DNA from: a virus
Lineage: Duplodnaviria > Caudoviricetes
Reading direction: 5' to 3' (one strand)
Length of the DNA: 37,625 nucleotides
IMG/VR virus record: IMGVR_UViG_3300032092_000104
Location: 1 to 37,625 of that record
Shown here: positions 8,079 through 17,751 of the stretch, in pieces
Position numbering within the stretch: the stretch's first letter is position 1
Layout: every line of letters begins with the position of its first letter
The notes under the pieces: generated by a model
The model's input: only the letters and a program-made list of their open reading frames with translations
Databases searched by the model: none
Told to the model about the DNA's origin: nothing
Made by a program: the position numbers and the translations under genes

Positions 8079-9068
8079 TCAGAGCTTGATGATAAAGGTT
8101 GCGAGCCAAGCGGGCGGCATGTTGGAATGCGCCGTGCCGGAGCCGGTCGCCGCAGTTACGCCGCTGGTAACGCTGTGGGTGTGCGCGCCGGCCGAGGCCG
8201 CGCCAGCGACGCCGATGACGGGCTGCCCCGCCGTGATGTTGGATACGCGTGGTCCCGCGCCCGCCGTCTCGGTGTTGGCCGACGTACCGCCCGTGATGTC
8301 GTGCGTGTGCGCGCCGGCCGAGGACGTTGCCAGCGTGCCGGGGCCGTGGGTGTGGCTCGGCAGTTCGCCGGTCGCCAGAGCAACGGTTTCCGTGCCGCCT
8401 GATGCGCCGTTAGTGGTTGCCGACGTGATGACCGTGCCAAGGCGCGATGCCGCGCTGTTGCCCATGTCATCGAGGCCGAAGAACGATCGGCCGCGCAAAT
8501 CGGGAAGCGCAATTGTCTTGTTCGCGGCATAGTCCGCGGCAGCCGACGCGCCTCGACCAGACGAGACGGCACAGACCGAATCGCTGTAGCTGTCCCATAG
8601 AACAGTAAACAGGTCTTCTGTGTCAGCGTTGGCGCGTTCCGTTGCGCTCGAGGAAGCGTTGCCGATGGTGCGGCCGTTCGCGCGAACCCATCCTGTCGGC
8701 GCAGACGTGCCGACATACGGCATCATGGCGCCGGGCGGCATGACGGTCACAAACCCCGATGAAAGCTCGATGCCAGACGACGAGATTGCCGCCACCTCGG
8801 AGCCACCGCACGCCACGCCGATTGTGTTGGCGCTCTTGCGATAGATGCCGGTGTCTGTATCCGCGGCGAACGTCACGGCCGGCGCCGCCGCTGTGCCGTT
8901 GGCCGCCTTCAGCGGTCCAGTCATTGTGGTTTGACCATCGCGCGCGACGCTGTTGGTCAGCTCGCTTCCAACGTCGGAGAAGTTGGAGTTGACGACCGCG
9001 GCGGTGATGGTCTGACCAGATGTGTACGTGGTCGGGACTGAATAGGTGCCTGATCCGTTGCGGGGCAA
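8079..9068 (-). CDS. Tail fibre protein 1 with tail-collar domain
   Basis: MPRNGSGTYS anchor, PPGAMMPYVGTSAPTGW..NG..LPDLRGR collar motif, AGAHTH repeats and HSNMPP terminus. Confidence 0.85.
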   Translation of the reverse strand: MPRNGSGTYSVPTTYTSGQTITAAVVNSNFSDVGSELTNSVARDGQTTMTGPLKAANGTAAAPAVTFAADTDTGIYRKSANTIGVACGGSEVAAISSSGIELSSGFVTVMPPGAMMPYVGTSAPTGWVRANGRTIGNASSSATERANADTEDLFTVLWDSYSDSVCAVSSGRGASAAADYAANKTIALPDLRGRSFFGLDDMGNSAASRLGTVITSATTNGASGGTETVALATGELPSHTHGPGTLATSSAGAHTHDITGGTSANTETAGAGPRVSNITAGQPVIGVAGAASAGAHTHSVTSGVTAATGSGTAHSNMPPAWLATFIIKL

Positions 9069-9112
9069 GGGGCGTTATCCTTGGATGATACGCAGGCACT
9101 AGGTTTGGGCGA

Positions 9113-9346
9113 TTATCGGCGCATCAGCTCTTGAATCATCTTCTGCCGTGCGGCTGGGTTCATGCCAGCCTGCTGCTGCATCATCTGCGGCGGGGCTCCA
9201 TTGCTCACCGCTGGCATCTGCCCCATTGCCTGCGCTTGCTCCGCGGGCATGGCCTGGCCGGCGCCGCCGCTGCCGGACAGCAACGCTTGAAGCATCATGA
9301 TTTGTTCGGGCGTGAGCTGCTGAAGAATGTCGCCTTGATTGTTCAT
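9113..9346 (-). CDS. Small Gln/Met-rich protein, possibly virion-internal
   Basis: AAGGA RBS; low-complexity Q/M/A composition like neighbouring ejection proteins. Confidence 0.6.
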   Translation of the reverse strand: MNNQGDILQQLTPEQIMMLQALLSGSGGAGQAMPAEQAQAMGQMPAVSNGAPPQMMQQQAGMNPAARQKMIQELMRR

Positions 9347-9361
9347 GACCTGAATCCTTTG

Positions 9362-9472
9362 CTACATGTTGTCGATGCTGCGACGCGCGCTCGCGATTGT
9401 GCTCATTGCCTCCATGCTCATCGCTTGCTGCTCCGGCGTGAGGGGGCTGAAGTTGTTGACTGGGTCTGCCAT
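9362..9472 (-). CDS. 36-aa protein MADPVNNFSPLTPEQQAMSMEAMSTIASARRSIDNM
   Basis: Translated by hand; GGGA upstream; fills the gap between 9496 and 9346 on the coding strand. Confidence 0.5.
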   Translation of the reverse strand: MADPVNNFSPLTPEQQAMSMEAMSTIASARRSIDNM

Positions 9473-9495
9473 GATGATCATCCCGTGTTGTGTGC

Positions 9496-11241
9496 CTAAC
9501 GCGCCAACGCCCGCGCGATGAGCTGGCGCTCACTCTCAGTTTCGTTGAACTGTGCCGCCGCGCCAGACCGCGTCGACATACGGTTCGCAGCTGGCAGGCT
9601 CACCATGGGGGCCGCCACCTGATTGCCGAGGTAGCGTTGCATGGTCGGGCTCATGATGCTGCGGCCTGCAATCGCTTGGCCGACCAAAGGCGCAAGCACG
9701 CCGACCGCCGCGCCTGGAGCGCCAGCCACAGCCGAGCCAGCTGCAGCGCCGAGAGCCGACATCACAAGCCGCGCTGGCGTGCCGCTGTTGGGCAACGGCG
9801 CCATGAGTGCCGCGCCGCCACGGGCCAAATCGACAAGATCACCACGCCCGCGGGAATAGTTGCGCTGCCCGTGCACGGTTTTGACGGCTTGGGCCAATTG
9901 TTGCGGCGAGAAAATGCCGAGCGCTGCGCCCTCTCCAGCACTGATCGCTGCGCGTTCGATGGCCAGCAGGTTGCGATACTCTTTCCGAGCGGTTCGCAGC
10001 GTTTGCGCCACGTCGCGCCGCCCTGTCGACGACACCCACCGCTCTGCGATGTCGTCTAGCGTGTTCTGCATTGCATAAAGCGCGTCACGGGTACGGGGAT
10101 CTTGTGCGTTGCGTGCGGCGGACCCTAGCTGAGACCGCCAGACAATATAGATGTCGCCCGTCATGTGGCTGTTCTGAGCGGCCAGCGACGCCACGTCGTC
10201 GGCAATGGCGCGTGGGAGCGCGCTGCGCAACGACGGCTCGGTGATGCGCTCATAATCGTCGGCGATCTTGGCCACGCGCGATTGCACATTGACAGCGCCC
10301 GACTGGACATTGAGCGGCACGGCGATACGCTGCGCAGCCGACTCGAATGCGCTGCCAATGCGCGTGAACGCCTGATCAATAACCTCTGGTGTGGCCGCCT
10401 TGGCGTCGATTCCCGCCTTCTTCAACACAGCTTCAACGTACTTTTCCGACTGCGCATCGCGGAATACGGCCGCCTTGCTTGCCGCGCCTGGAGTGTCGGC
10501 CGCAACGCTTTCTGCCCATCGGATCGAGCGATTGCCGCTGATGTCGCCCGCCGACAACGGCACGCCTTCCTTGCGCATGGCATCGACGTACTCGGCACGC
10601 TCGACGCCTTTTGCCGAGCTGCGATTGATCGCGCCCGGTGACACGACACGGCCAATCATCTGCGGAGCCACGCCGCCTAGAAGCGCGCCACCAGCTCTGG
10701 CATAAGGCTCAAGCGCCGTGCCCTTGGTCGCCTCACCTGCCGTTTCGCTGACTGCGCCAGGCCCGGCCACATTGAGCGCAAAGCGGCGCCCGAGCTGTGC
10801 ACCCGCACCAGCCGCGCCCGCCACCGGAAACAGCATGCCAGGCAGGAACTCAGCCACGGCGCCAGCATAGCGGCCGGCCGTCGTCTGCGGCTTGTAAAGC
10901 TCGCCAGTGACGTTGTCCTCCACCTTCTTTTTGATGTCGGAAAACTGCGGCAAAGCGGCTTGCGGATTGACGACCTCGCCTTGTGCGCCCAATTGCCGGC
11001 CGGCGTAGTTGATGCCCATGCGGCTGAGCTGTTCGACCGCTCCCGGCAATGCCGCAATACCGATAGCACCCTTGACCACGCCGGCCGCCGTCGACTTGCC
11101 GACGTCGCGGACAAACCCGGATGGCGTTGTGGGCTGTTGGGGCGTGGCCAGATCAGCAAACAGCGCATCAGCCGGATTGGCCGGACGATCCGGTGTCGGT
11201 GCGATTAAATCGGCAAACAGCGCATCGGCCGGATTAGCCAT
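9496..11241 (-). CDS. Putative DNA ejection/internal virion protein
   Basis: Large Ala/Gly-rich helical protein, third of the ejection cluster; duplicated N-terminal ANPADALFADL. Confidence 0.7.
   Translation of the reverse strand: MANPADALFADLIAPTPDRPANPADALFADLATPQQPTTPSGFVRDVGKSTAAGVVKGAIGIAALPGAVEQLSRMGINYAGRQLGAQGEVVNPQAALPQFSDIKKKVEDNVTGELYKPQTTAGRYAGAVAEFLPGMLFPVAGAAGAGAQLGRRFALNVAGPGAVSETAGEATKGTALEPYARAGGALLGGVAPQMIGRVVSPGAINRSSAKGVERAEYVDAMRKEGVPLSAGDISGNRSIRWAESVAADTPGAASKAAVFRDAQSEKYVEAVLKKAGIDAKAATPEVIDQAFTRIGSAFESAAQRIAVPLNVQSGAVNVQSRVAKIADDYERITEPSLRSALPRAIADDVASLAAQNSHMTGDIYIVWRSQLGSAARNAQDPRTRDALYAMQNTLDDIAERWVSSTGRRDVAQTLRTARKEYRNLLAIERAAISAGEGAALGIFSPQQLAQAVKTVHGQRNYSRGRGDLVDLARGGAALMAPLPNSGTPARLVMSALGAAAGSAVAGAPGAAVGVLAPLVGQAIAGRSIMSPTMQRYLGNQVAAPMVSLPAANRMSTRSGAAAQFNETESERQLIARALAR
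11156..11239. repeat. Intragenic 27-nt duplication encoding ANPADALFA (57-nt period)
   Basis: GCAAACAGCGCATCRGCCGGATTRGCC at 11156-11182 and 11213-11239. Confidence 0.85.
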
Positions 11242-12946
11242 TGCGGATCACCTCGCGGTTGAGCGTGCCGCGGCGCTGCGGCGCTGGCTGTGGGGCCGCG
11301 GGCTGCATCAGCTCGGGCGGCACGGGGATGCCGAGCGTTTGCAAGCGTTGAATCACAGCGGCACGATCAACACCGCTCTCGATGGCGCGGATGGCGCTCT
11401 CGATGGCGGCTTGCGAGTTGATCTGGCCGGACTGGATCATCTGTCGGCCCTGTTCGATGATCTGATTGCCCATGTTGACGACCGGGGCGCCCTGCTGCGG
11501 CGCAGCTTGCGGCGTCGGCGGCAAGGCTTCTGGTTTCTGCCGCCACAAGCCAAGCGGATTTCCCAACTTGCGGATTTCGGCGTCGGCCGACTTGCGGTCG
11601 ATCTCGCCGGCAATCACGCGCTCGCTGATCTCGCCGACTGCAACCTTGTGATTGTTCAAAGCGCGCATCTGATCGAGGATCAGCTTGCGGCCTTCGACGG
11701 TTTGGGCAAGCTGCGGCAGAGCGGCCAAGTATTGGCGGAACTCAAAATCAGACGTTGCGCCCGAGCCTGGCGGACGCATCAGCGGGGCCAGCTTCGACAC
11801 GATGCCCGTGAAAGCTTGCACTTCGTCCAGCCCGTCGATCTTGATGCCGAGAGCGTTGGCATAGGGTCCAAGCGCGGCCTTGATCTGCGCGGCAGCGCCT
11901 TGCGTGCCAATCGACATCGACAACTCGTCGAGCCGGTCAATGTCAGCGCCCTGCGCCCGCGCGGTCTGGCCCTGCTGAATGTTCTCGTCGAGCCGCTTAA
12001 CGGTCGCCTTGGCCGACTCCGAGGCAAATGTTGTCTCGCCTTTCTGGTCGATGTTGACCTGCGGGCGCGCGGCTTGCTTCAACTCGACTTCGCGCTTGGC
12101 AAAATCCGGGTTCCTCACACCATAGGCAAAGTTGCGCTGTGCTTCGGTCTGCTCTGGCCCCTTGGCCTGCAACATCATGTGTTGCTGTGCAAGCTTCTGA
12201 CCGTCTTCCGCGCCGAACGGGTTGCCGAGAAGAGCCGCGGCGATCTTATTCATCCCGTCGCCGCGCTCGAGCCCTTGGCGGTAGATGTCGGACACGCCCT
12301 GCTTGCCGGCCGATTCCGCCCTGTTGGCTTGGCCCGTCATATAGCCGCCCATGCCGCCCTGCAGCACGCGCGCAAGCGCTTGCGTCCAATGGCCAACAGG
12401 CGACGCATCAGTGCCCTGCTGCATCAGATTGCCGCCAAACTGCCTATTCCAATTGACGGTTGACGGGTTCCAATAGGAATCAGTAGACGACATTGGTCGC
12501 GCTCCGACAGAAGATGTGGCTTGTGGCTGCGGACTCGACGCGGCAGGCTGTGGCGCACCGCCAAGAGGTGCTGGCGCTCGTCCGGCCTCATAAGCCGCCA
12601 TGGCGCGCATCAAGCCAGGACGCTGCTCGGGCGATAGCGGCGAGTTGGGATCGACACCGAGCGAGCGCGAGACGTTGGCGATATACTGCGCGGTCGAATT
12701 TCTATCGACCTGCGGCGGAGCCCATCGGTTCACGATTCCGGCGACGTTGTTCAGGCCGTGCTTGTTTTGGTAGGTGTCCAGAATGCGCGACATGACCTGA
12801 TAGCCCTGCTCGGGGCCAGGAAACTGCGCATAGCGGCCATTCGGCCCAAGCGTTGCGCCGTAGGCCGACATCCAGGGCTTGAACTCCACCGCGCCCGGAT
12901 TGTTATAGCGCAGCGTCAGAGGCGTTGCGTCAGACAATTGCGTCAC
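11234..12946 (-). CDS. Putative ejection protein with N-terminal lysozyme-like (NNPG) domain
   Basis: LRYNNPGAV..GRYAQF..IVNRWAPP..YIANVS..AMAAYE N-domain; PGSGATSDFE motif in the helical C-part. Confidence 0.72.
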   Translation of the reverse strand: MTQLSDATPLTLRYNNPGAVEFKPWMSAYGATLGPNGRYAQFPGPEQGYQVMSRILDTYQNKHGLNNVAGIVNRWAPPQVDRNSTAQYIANVSRSLGVDPNSPLSPEQRPGLMRAMAAYEAGRAPAPLGGAPQPAASSPQPQATSSVGARPMSSTDSYWNPSTVNWNRQFGGNLMQQGTDASPVGHWTQALARVLQGGMGGYMTGQANRAESAGKQGVSDIYRQGLERGDGMNKIAAALLGNPFGAEDGQKLAQQHMMLQAKGPEQTEAQRNFAYGVRNPDFAKREVELKQAARPQVNIDQKGETTFASESAKATVKRLDENIQQGQTARAQGADIDRLDELSMSIGTQGAAAQIKAALGPYANALGIKIDGLDEVQAFTGIVSKLAPLMRPPGSGATSDFEFRQYLAALPQLAQTVEGRKLILDQMRALNNHKVAVGEISERVIAGEIDRKSADAEIRKLGNPLGLWRQKPEALPPTPQAAPQQGAPVVNMGNQIIEQGRQMIQSGQINSQAAIESAIRAIESGVDRAAVIQRLQTLGIPVPPELMQPAAPQPAPQRRGTLNREVIRNG

Positions 12947-13839
12947 CCGTAGTAATAATATGAGCCCGCCGGGTCATTATCGCCCGCGAATGCGGAACCG
13001 CCGCCCGGCATACCCATGCCCCCACCGCCGCCAAGTGCGTTGCCAAGCGACTTGCCAATCGATGCCCCGATGGGGCCGCCCAGCACACCGCCGATGACCG
13101 TTCCGCCCAAGCTGGCCAGTCCGCCAAGACCAGCGCTTCGCGCCGCTTGCTTTTGTTTGTACTGTTCCATTTCTTGAGCGTAGCGGGCTTGGTTCAGCCC
13201 GACATAGTCGACGTTGCCGACGTTTACGCCCGGTGTGTTGACGACGTTCGGCCGTGTGGTGCCCATGCCGAACTGCAAACCGGGGTTCAGCTCGCCCATC
13301 TGCTGCTGGCGCTGAGCGAGGCCCTGGTTGAACATCTGGCCTTGGAGCTGAGAATAGAGGCTGTTCCGCGCTTCGTGCTGCTGCAAAGCCAAATCGTTTG
13401 CCTGGCTCTTGTAGGCTTCGCTGGTCGGATCAAGGCCCTGATTGCGCAGGCGGTTCACCATCTGATCGTTAGCGCGTTGGAACCGCGGTTCGATGTTGGC
13501 CGTCGCTGCCGAATAGGCTCGATCAAGAGCCGCGCCGGAGCCCAGATCAGGACGATTGGCCGCCTGATCGAAATACGCTTGGCCAAGCCCAGCGAACCCG
13601 CCCGCCATCTGCTGCCCGGTCTGGCCGAGCTGCTGATTGACGGAAAAAATCGGGTTGCCCTGCGCATCCGTGCCGCTTTGCGCATAGTTCAACGTGTTGC
13701 CGAACGCATCGGACTGGTTCGGCCGGTTGAATGCCGCCTGCTGAAAAGCGTTGGCCGTGTTCTGCTGCTGCTGCTGCGCGCCGACTGCGCCCACGTTCAT
13801 TGGTGCCGGCGCCTTAGGCGACTTGAACATCGAGCCCAT
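12943..13839 (-). CDS. Putative DNA transfer/pilot ejection protein
   Basis: MGSMFKSPKAPAP start, Q-rich body and glycine-zipper C-terminus; follows the GNAT-like gene as in podovirus layouts. Confidence 0.7.
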   Translation of the reverse strand: MGSMFKSPKAPAPMNVGAVGAQQQQQNTANAFQQAAFNRPNQSDAFGNTLNYAQSGTDAQGNPIFSVNQQLGQTGQQMAGGFAGLGQAYFDQAANRPDLGSGAALDRAYSAATANIEPRFQRANDQMVNRLRNQGLDPTSEAYKSQANDLALQQHEARNSLYSQLQGQMFNQGLAQRQQQMGELNPGLQFGMGTTRPNVVNTPGVNVGNVDYVGLNQARYAQEMEQYKQKQAARSAGLGGLASLGGTVIGGVLGGPIGASIGKSLGNALGGGGGMGMPGGGSAFAGDNDPAGSYYYYG

Positions 13840-14233
13840 GATTGATCCACCTGCATTTGTCGGGGGTCATGTAGAACACCAACGCATCGTCACCTGGACC
13901 GTAGTAGTCACGATCAGGCCCCTGATAAGCGAAGCCGAACTTCGGCGCGGCTTTCTTAACGGCCTTGTTGCGCCGGCTGGTGCGCACCTCGAGGCGATGG
14001 ATGTGCGCGAACACCCAATTAAAGTAAGCCTTCCACACATCATTCGATGTTCGGCCAAACACGCTCAATTCGGCCGTGGCATCGGTCTTGAACCACGTCA
14101 CCATAGCCCCGCGCAGCACACCATCCGCATCGATCACGCCGAACGTCTCGGACGGCCGGTGCAGAATGTCCGCCCCGTGAAAATGACTGATCCAGGCGTT
14201 TACCGTGTCGTTGTGGCCTGCCACCAGCCTCAC
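13814..14233 (-). CDS. GNAT-like virion assembly protein
   Basis: RNKAVKKAAPKFGFAYQG GNAT-like motif; conserved position between nozzle and ejection genes. Confidence 0.65.
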   Translation of the reverse strand: MRLVAGHNDTVNAWISHFHGADILHRPSETFGVIDADGVLRGAMVTWFKTDATAELSVFGRTSNDVWKAYFNWVFAHIHRLEVRTSRRNKAVKKAAPKFGFAYQGPDRDYYGPGDDALVFYMTPDKCRWINHGLDVQVA

Positions 14234-15852
14234 AAATGCCCCCCGACCTCAGTCATCAACATAAAGCCATTGACGCGGATAATCTCGTCAGCCGACGTGC
14301 TTTCGACCCAGCTTGACACGCCCCACACGGCGCTGCCCCACAACGTCGAGCCGGTTTTTGTTTCGCCGGTCTCGCCCCTGAACTTGATCGAGCCGAAGAC
14401 GCCTATCCCCGTCACACCAACCCATTCGGAGATGTTGTTGCTGTCCGACGCAAACACAGCGGCGTCGAAAACAGCGGTGTCGAACCGCGCCGTTGCCGCC
14501 GTTGCCTCGCCCGTGGTTGCGAGGCTGTCAGTCTCTTGGAAGTCCACCGACACACCAACCTCCGGCACCGATGAGCCGGAGGTGGTGACGATCGGGCGAA
14601 CCATCTTCCACTGCTTGACCATCGGCGATTTTACGGCCGTGTATGCCGTCTGGCCTACAGCAACGATCTCGGTATCGTAGTCGATTGATCCGCTGTCCGC
14701 CTTGTAAACGGTGCCATCGTTGGCGCCAAAATAGAGATTGTCGCCGAACACAACCCAGCAATTGGCATTGTGCGAATCGAATTCGCACCACGCTCCCGTT
14801 ACCGTGTTCATGACGTATTGCTTGGCTTGGCTGTTCTCGGCCGTTGGAATGTTGACGATGAGCCGCGTGCCTTTGGGATAGACGCACGCCTCCCAACCAA
14901 AATTTGAGCCGTAGGACTGAAACGCAGTCGCAAATGCCGGCGTGATGTCGTCCGTCATCGCCACGCGCTGCGATTGGCTCTGATCAACAGAAAGGAGCTG
15001 CGACAGCGGAAACACGCCCTCAACCGTGATCAAACCCAGATCCGCGCCGTACTTGAAGAAACAGCGCCGGCCGATCGGGGGCGGAACATCGAACGTGCCG
15101 ACAAGTGCCCACGTGTTGGCGCTTGATGGGTCGGTGCCTTGGTAAAGCGCGATCTGCCCCTCTGACGAGATGAACACCGCGTAATCGTCTGATCCAGAGC
15201 CGCCATCTCTAGTCCACGTCGCCATGGCCATGAGATAGCCGCCGCGCGTAAACAGCGAGCCAAGCGCAAACGCTGTTGCCGCACCCGCAACGGCTTCGGT
15301 GCCGAGGTAATAGGCCGTCGTCGAGTCAACCAGCGTAAACCACAGCCGCTTTTTGTGCGAGTTGACGTGAACGATATCTTCTGGGGTAACGCCCGTTATC
15401 GTCGGCGCTGCCCACGCCGAGCCGTTGTAGTGCTGCGGCGCGTCCTGGCCGTTGACGACAAAAAGAAAATGATTGGCCGATGTCGTGTGATTAACGTGTT
15501 GGCACCGTGACAGCGTCAGGCCCGTTGCTGCCGATGTCGCGGCCTGCTGAAGCGTAATGTCCCAAATGGTGCCGTCAGCGATGGCGAACATCTTGCTCGA
15601 GGCAGGCCCGCGCCACGCCATAAGCGTCTCAACGGGAACGTCGGCGCCGATCGACCACGCCCACCGCTGAAAGCCACGCCGTACCTCCCCATAACCGGGC
15701 TGCGGGAACCAATTGCGCAACTCGACAGCGTAATCTTGCGGCATCGACGCTAGCGGCAGCTTGGCGTTCCATCCCTTCGTTGGGAACGGCAGCGGCATGA
15801 TGCGCGCGACAGGTCTACGATTTGAGTTGGTGCGAGCGGGCGCGAGCATCAT
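14230..15852 (-). CDS. Tail nozzle/DNA stabilisation protein (P22 gp10/T7 gp12-like position)
   Basis: 540-aa beta-rich protein directly after the adaptor gene. Confidence 0.72.
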   Translation of the reverse strand: MMLAPARTNSNRRPVARIMPLPFPTKGWNAKLPLASMPQDYAVELRNWFPQPGYGEVRRGFQRWAWSIGADVPVETLMAWRGPASSKMFAIADGTIWDITLQQAATSAATGLTLSRCQHVNHTTSANHFLFVVNGQDAPQHYNGSAWAAPTITGVTPEDIVHVNSHKKRLWFTLVDSTTAYYLGTEAVAGAATAFALGSLFTRGGYLMAMATWTRDGGSGSDDYAVFISSEGQIALYQGTDPSSANTWALVGTFDVPPPIGRRCFFKYGADLGLITVEGVFPLSQLLSVDQSQSQRVAMTDDITPAFATAFQSYGSNFGWEACVYPKGTRLIVNIPTAENSQAKQYVMNTVTGAWCEFDSHNANCWVVFGDNLYFGANDGTVYKADSGSIDYDTEIVAVGQTAYTAVKSPMVKQWKMVRPIVTTSGSSVPEVGVSVDFQETDSLATTGEATAATARFDTAVFDAAVFASDSNNISEWVGVTGIGVFGSIKFRGETGETKTGSTLWGSAVWGVSSWVESTSADEIIRVNGFMLMTEVGGHL

Positions 15853-16565
15853 TAGCTGAGATTCCAGCTCCCATCGGGAATCGTGGCACGCGGGATCGGA
15901 TAACGGTCACTCGGGCCGCTCATGTTGAGCGTAGGCGAGCCGCCGTCGCGGCCGATCTTGCGCTTTACGGCCAGCTCGTAGGACTGAAACGCCTCGGCAT
16001 AGTCGAGCCCGCGCGCCCGTAGATAGCGCCACACCACGCCGAGCCGGATTAACTCTGCATCGAGATAGGGAATATCTGTGTCGCCCGCGAACTCATCGAG
16101 CGTGGCCGTCGTCGAGCCTGTCAGACCGACCCAATACGTCGACACGTACTCGAATGCATACGTGGCGCCGGCCGTGGGCGTCGGCAGCATGTAGAGGCTA
16201 TTGCCGCGCTGGCGGAATGTGTCGTGGACCGCTTGGATACGATCCGACTTGAGCGCTTGCCAATCCACGGCCGATACGGGGCCAAGCACCAGCCTGTTTT
16301 CAGTGCGGTTCCAGAACGTGCTGTCGACGAACCGGTCAAAATCGGCTGGGATGACGTTCGCCTGCTCTTCCGTTGCTGTGGCCGTGAACGTCTTCTCCTT
16401 CGTAAGCACCTGCCAGGGGTGACGCGATGCAAGATCGCGCCCCTCCTGTTGTGTCAGGGCAAGCAACAGCCGCGTGTTCGGGTCCGACGAACCGACCACA
16501 GCCGCCGGCACGTGAATGCCAATGCGCGTGGCTACGTCCCCGACGATATCGACAAGACTGCTCAC
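15852..16565 (-). CDS. Head-tail adaptor protein
   Basis: PADFDRF, LYMLPTP..FEYVS, LIRLGVVWRYL motifs; position after the capsid genes. Confidence 0.72.
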   Translation of the reverse strand: MSSLVDIVGDVATRIGIHVPAAVVGSSDPNTRLLLALTQQEGRDLASRHPWQVLTKEKTFTATATEEQANVIPADFDRFVDSTFWNRTENRLVLGPVSAVDWQALKSDRIQAVHDTFRQRGNSLYMLPTPTAGATYAFEYVSTYWVGLTGSTTATLDEFAGDTDIPYLDAELIRLGVVWRYLRARGLDYAEAFQSYELAVKRKIGRDGGSPTLNMSGPSDRYPIPRATIPDGSWNLS

Positions 16566-17188
16566 GTAGTCGCCTCATCGGCAGCGACCTTCGGCGGCCG
16601 GCCGCGGCGCTTGGGCTTGTCTTCTTCCTCGTCCTCGTCCTGCTGCCTCAAAATGAGTTGCTTCAGCTCTTCCAGATCAGCCGTCAGTGAGGCAATCTGC
16701 TTGTCCTTCTCTGCCATGCGGTCGGCAATGGCGGTGCTGTCCGCCGCCTCGAGGAACCGCTGTGCGTTCTTCTGGATTTCGCGCACGCCGGGCAGGTTGA
16801 TGCGGTTGATGACGCTATCCGTTGCCTGGGCAATGTCTTCGACAGCCCTGAGCCCCGCAGTGCGGAATACGTCGGCCTGCTCTGCCGTGATCCCAGGCCA
16901 TGCGGCAAGCGGCGTGCCATGTTCGGGCGTGGCTTGGCCGGCTTTCCAGGCGTTGTAGTGCCGCTCGATGAACGCCCAGCGATCGCGGGCGATGTTTGAC
17001 GCCACGTCGTCGGGATCGGGCGCCTCGCGAATGCGCCGCAGGTCGGCGATGCGCGCGACCGTGGTCGCCTTCTGCGCCATGCCGACCGCGCAATATTCGA
17101 CCTTGTCGATTTCCTTCAAGCCGCCAGCGGCACGCTTGTATTCGGTCCAGAACTTGATGATGCGAAACGGTGCGGTTTGCGCGGACAT
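16562..17188 (-). CDS. Conserved phage protein with C-terminal AT-hook-like KRRGRPPK
   Basis: Good ORF with AAGGA RBS in the structural operon; coiled coil, acidic run, then GRP motif. Confidence 0.7.
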   Translation of the reverse strand: MSAQTAPFRIIKFWTEYKRAAGGLKEIDKVEYCAVGMAQKATTVARIADLRRIREAPDPDDVASNIARDRWAFIERHYNAWKAGQATPEHGTPLAAWPGITAEQADVFRTAGLRAVEDIAQATDSVINRINLPGVREIQKNAQRFLEAADSTAIADRMAEKDKQIASLTADLEELKQLILRQQDEDEEEDKPKRRGRPPKVAADEATT

Positions 17189-17207
17189 CGTGTTTCCTTA
17201 AGCAAGC

Positions 17208-17233
17208 GGCCGGGGGCGTGATTGCCCCCGGCC
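17208..17233 (-). terminator. Stem-loop after the capsid/decoration genes (terminator or mRNA stabiliser)
   Basis: Perfect 10-bp stem GGCCGGGGGC/GCCCCCGGCC with a 6-nt loop; weak U tract. Confidence 0.55.
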
Positions 17234-17241
17234 TAGTGACC

Positions 17242-17724
17242 TCAGAACGGGAAGTCGCAGAAAATGATCTTCGCGGAAGCGTCGACCGCGTAGGCAACGA
17301 TCGCGTCAGTCGCGAGCGCCGACACGTCGAGCGTGCCGTCAGTCGCGCCAACTGCAGTGAGCGCGTTGCCGTCAGCTCCAGCCGTAAGAGCGGGGGTGAT
17401 GGTTGCCGGACCTTTGATCTGAATCCAGCAATATTCGCCATCGGCCGGAGCCGATTGCAGCACACCAGCGCCCAGACCAGCCGAGTCCGACAGGTCGGAC
17501 GTAACGACGGTTGTGGCACCAGCAGATGCTCCGCTCGGCGCGTAGTAGTAGCAGACGTTGCCAGCAACGGCAGCGACCGACCCTGCCCCAGTGTCGTACT
17601 GAACGAACTTGTAGATTTTGCCGTCCGGACCGGTGAAGTGATCGCCGGCACCGTGCGCGCTGCCCTGCCGCAGTTCAGATGAGGTCCACGTGCCCGTGAG
17701 GAGGGCTCCTGCGCTGATAGTCAT
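17242..17724 (-). CDS. Putative capsid decoration/cement protein
   Basis: Small A/G/T-rich beta protein right after the major capsid gene; GEYCWIQIKG motif. Confidence 0.65.
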   Translation of the reverse strand: MTISAGALLTGTWTSSELRQGSAHGAGDHFTGPDGKIYKFVQYDTGAGSVAAVAGNVCYYYAPSGASAGATTVVTSDLSDSAGLGAGVLQSAPADGEYCWIQIKGPATITPALTAGADGNALTAVGATDGTLDVSALATDAIVAYAVDASAKIIFCDFPF

Positions 17725-17751
17725 GAATGTTGCTCCGTGTCAGAGTTGGGA

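Noticed and set aside
6135-9068. Diversity-generating retroelement or invertible tail-fibre cassette
   Set aside because: No reverse transcriptase, no TR/VR pair, no inverted fibre fragments and no flanking inverted crossover sites were seen.
9343-9472. TAG readthrough or recoded genetic code (reading through TAG 9362 would end at a TGA overlapping the next ATG)
   Set aside because: Core genes such as the scaffold (18766) and ejection protein (9496) end normally at TAG, and no suppressor tRNA is present; probably coincidence.
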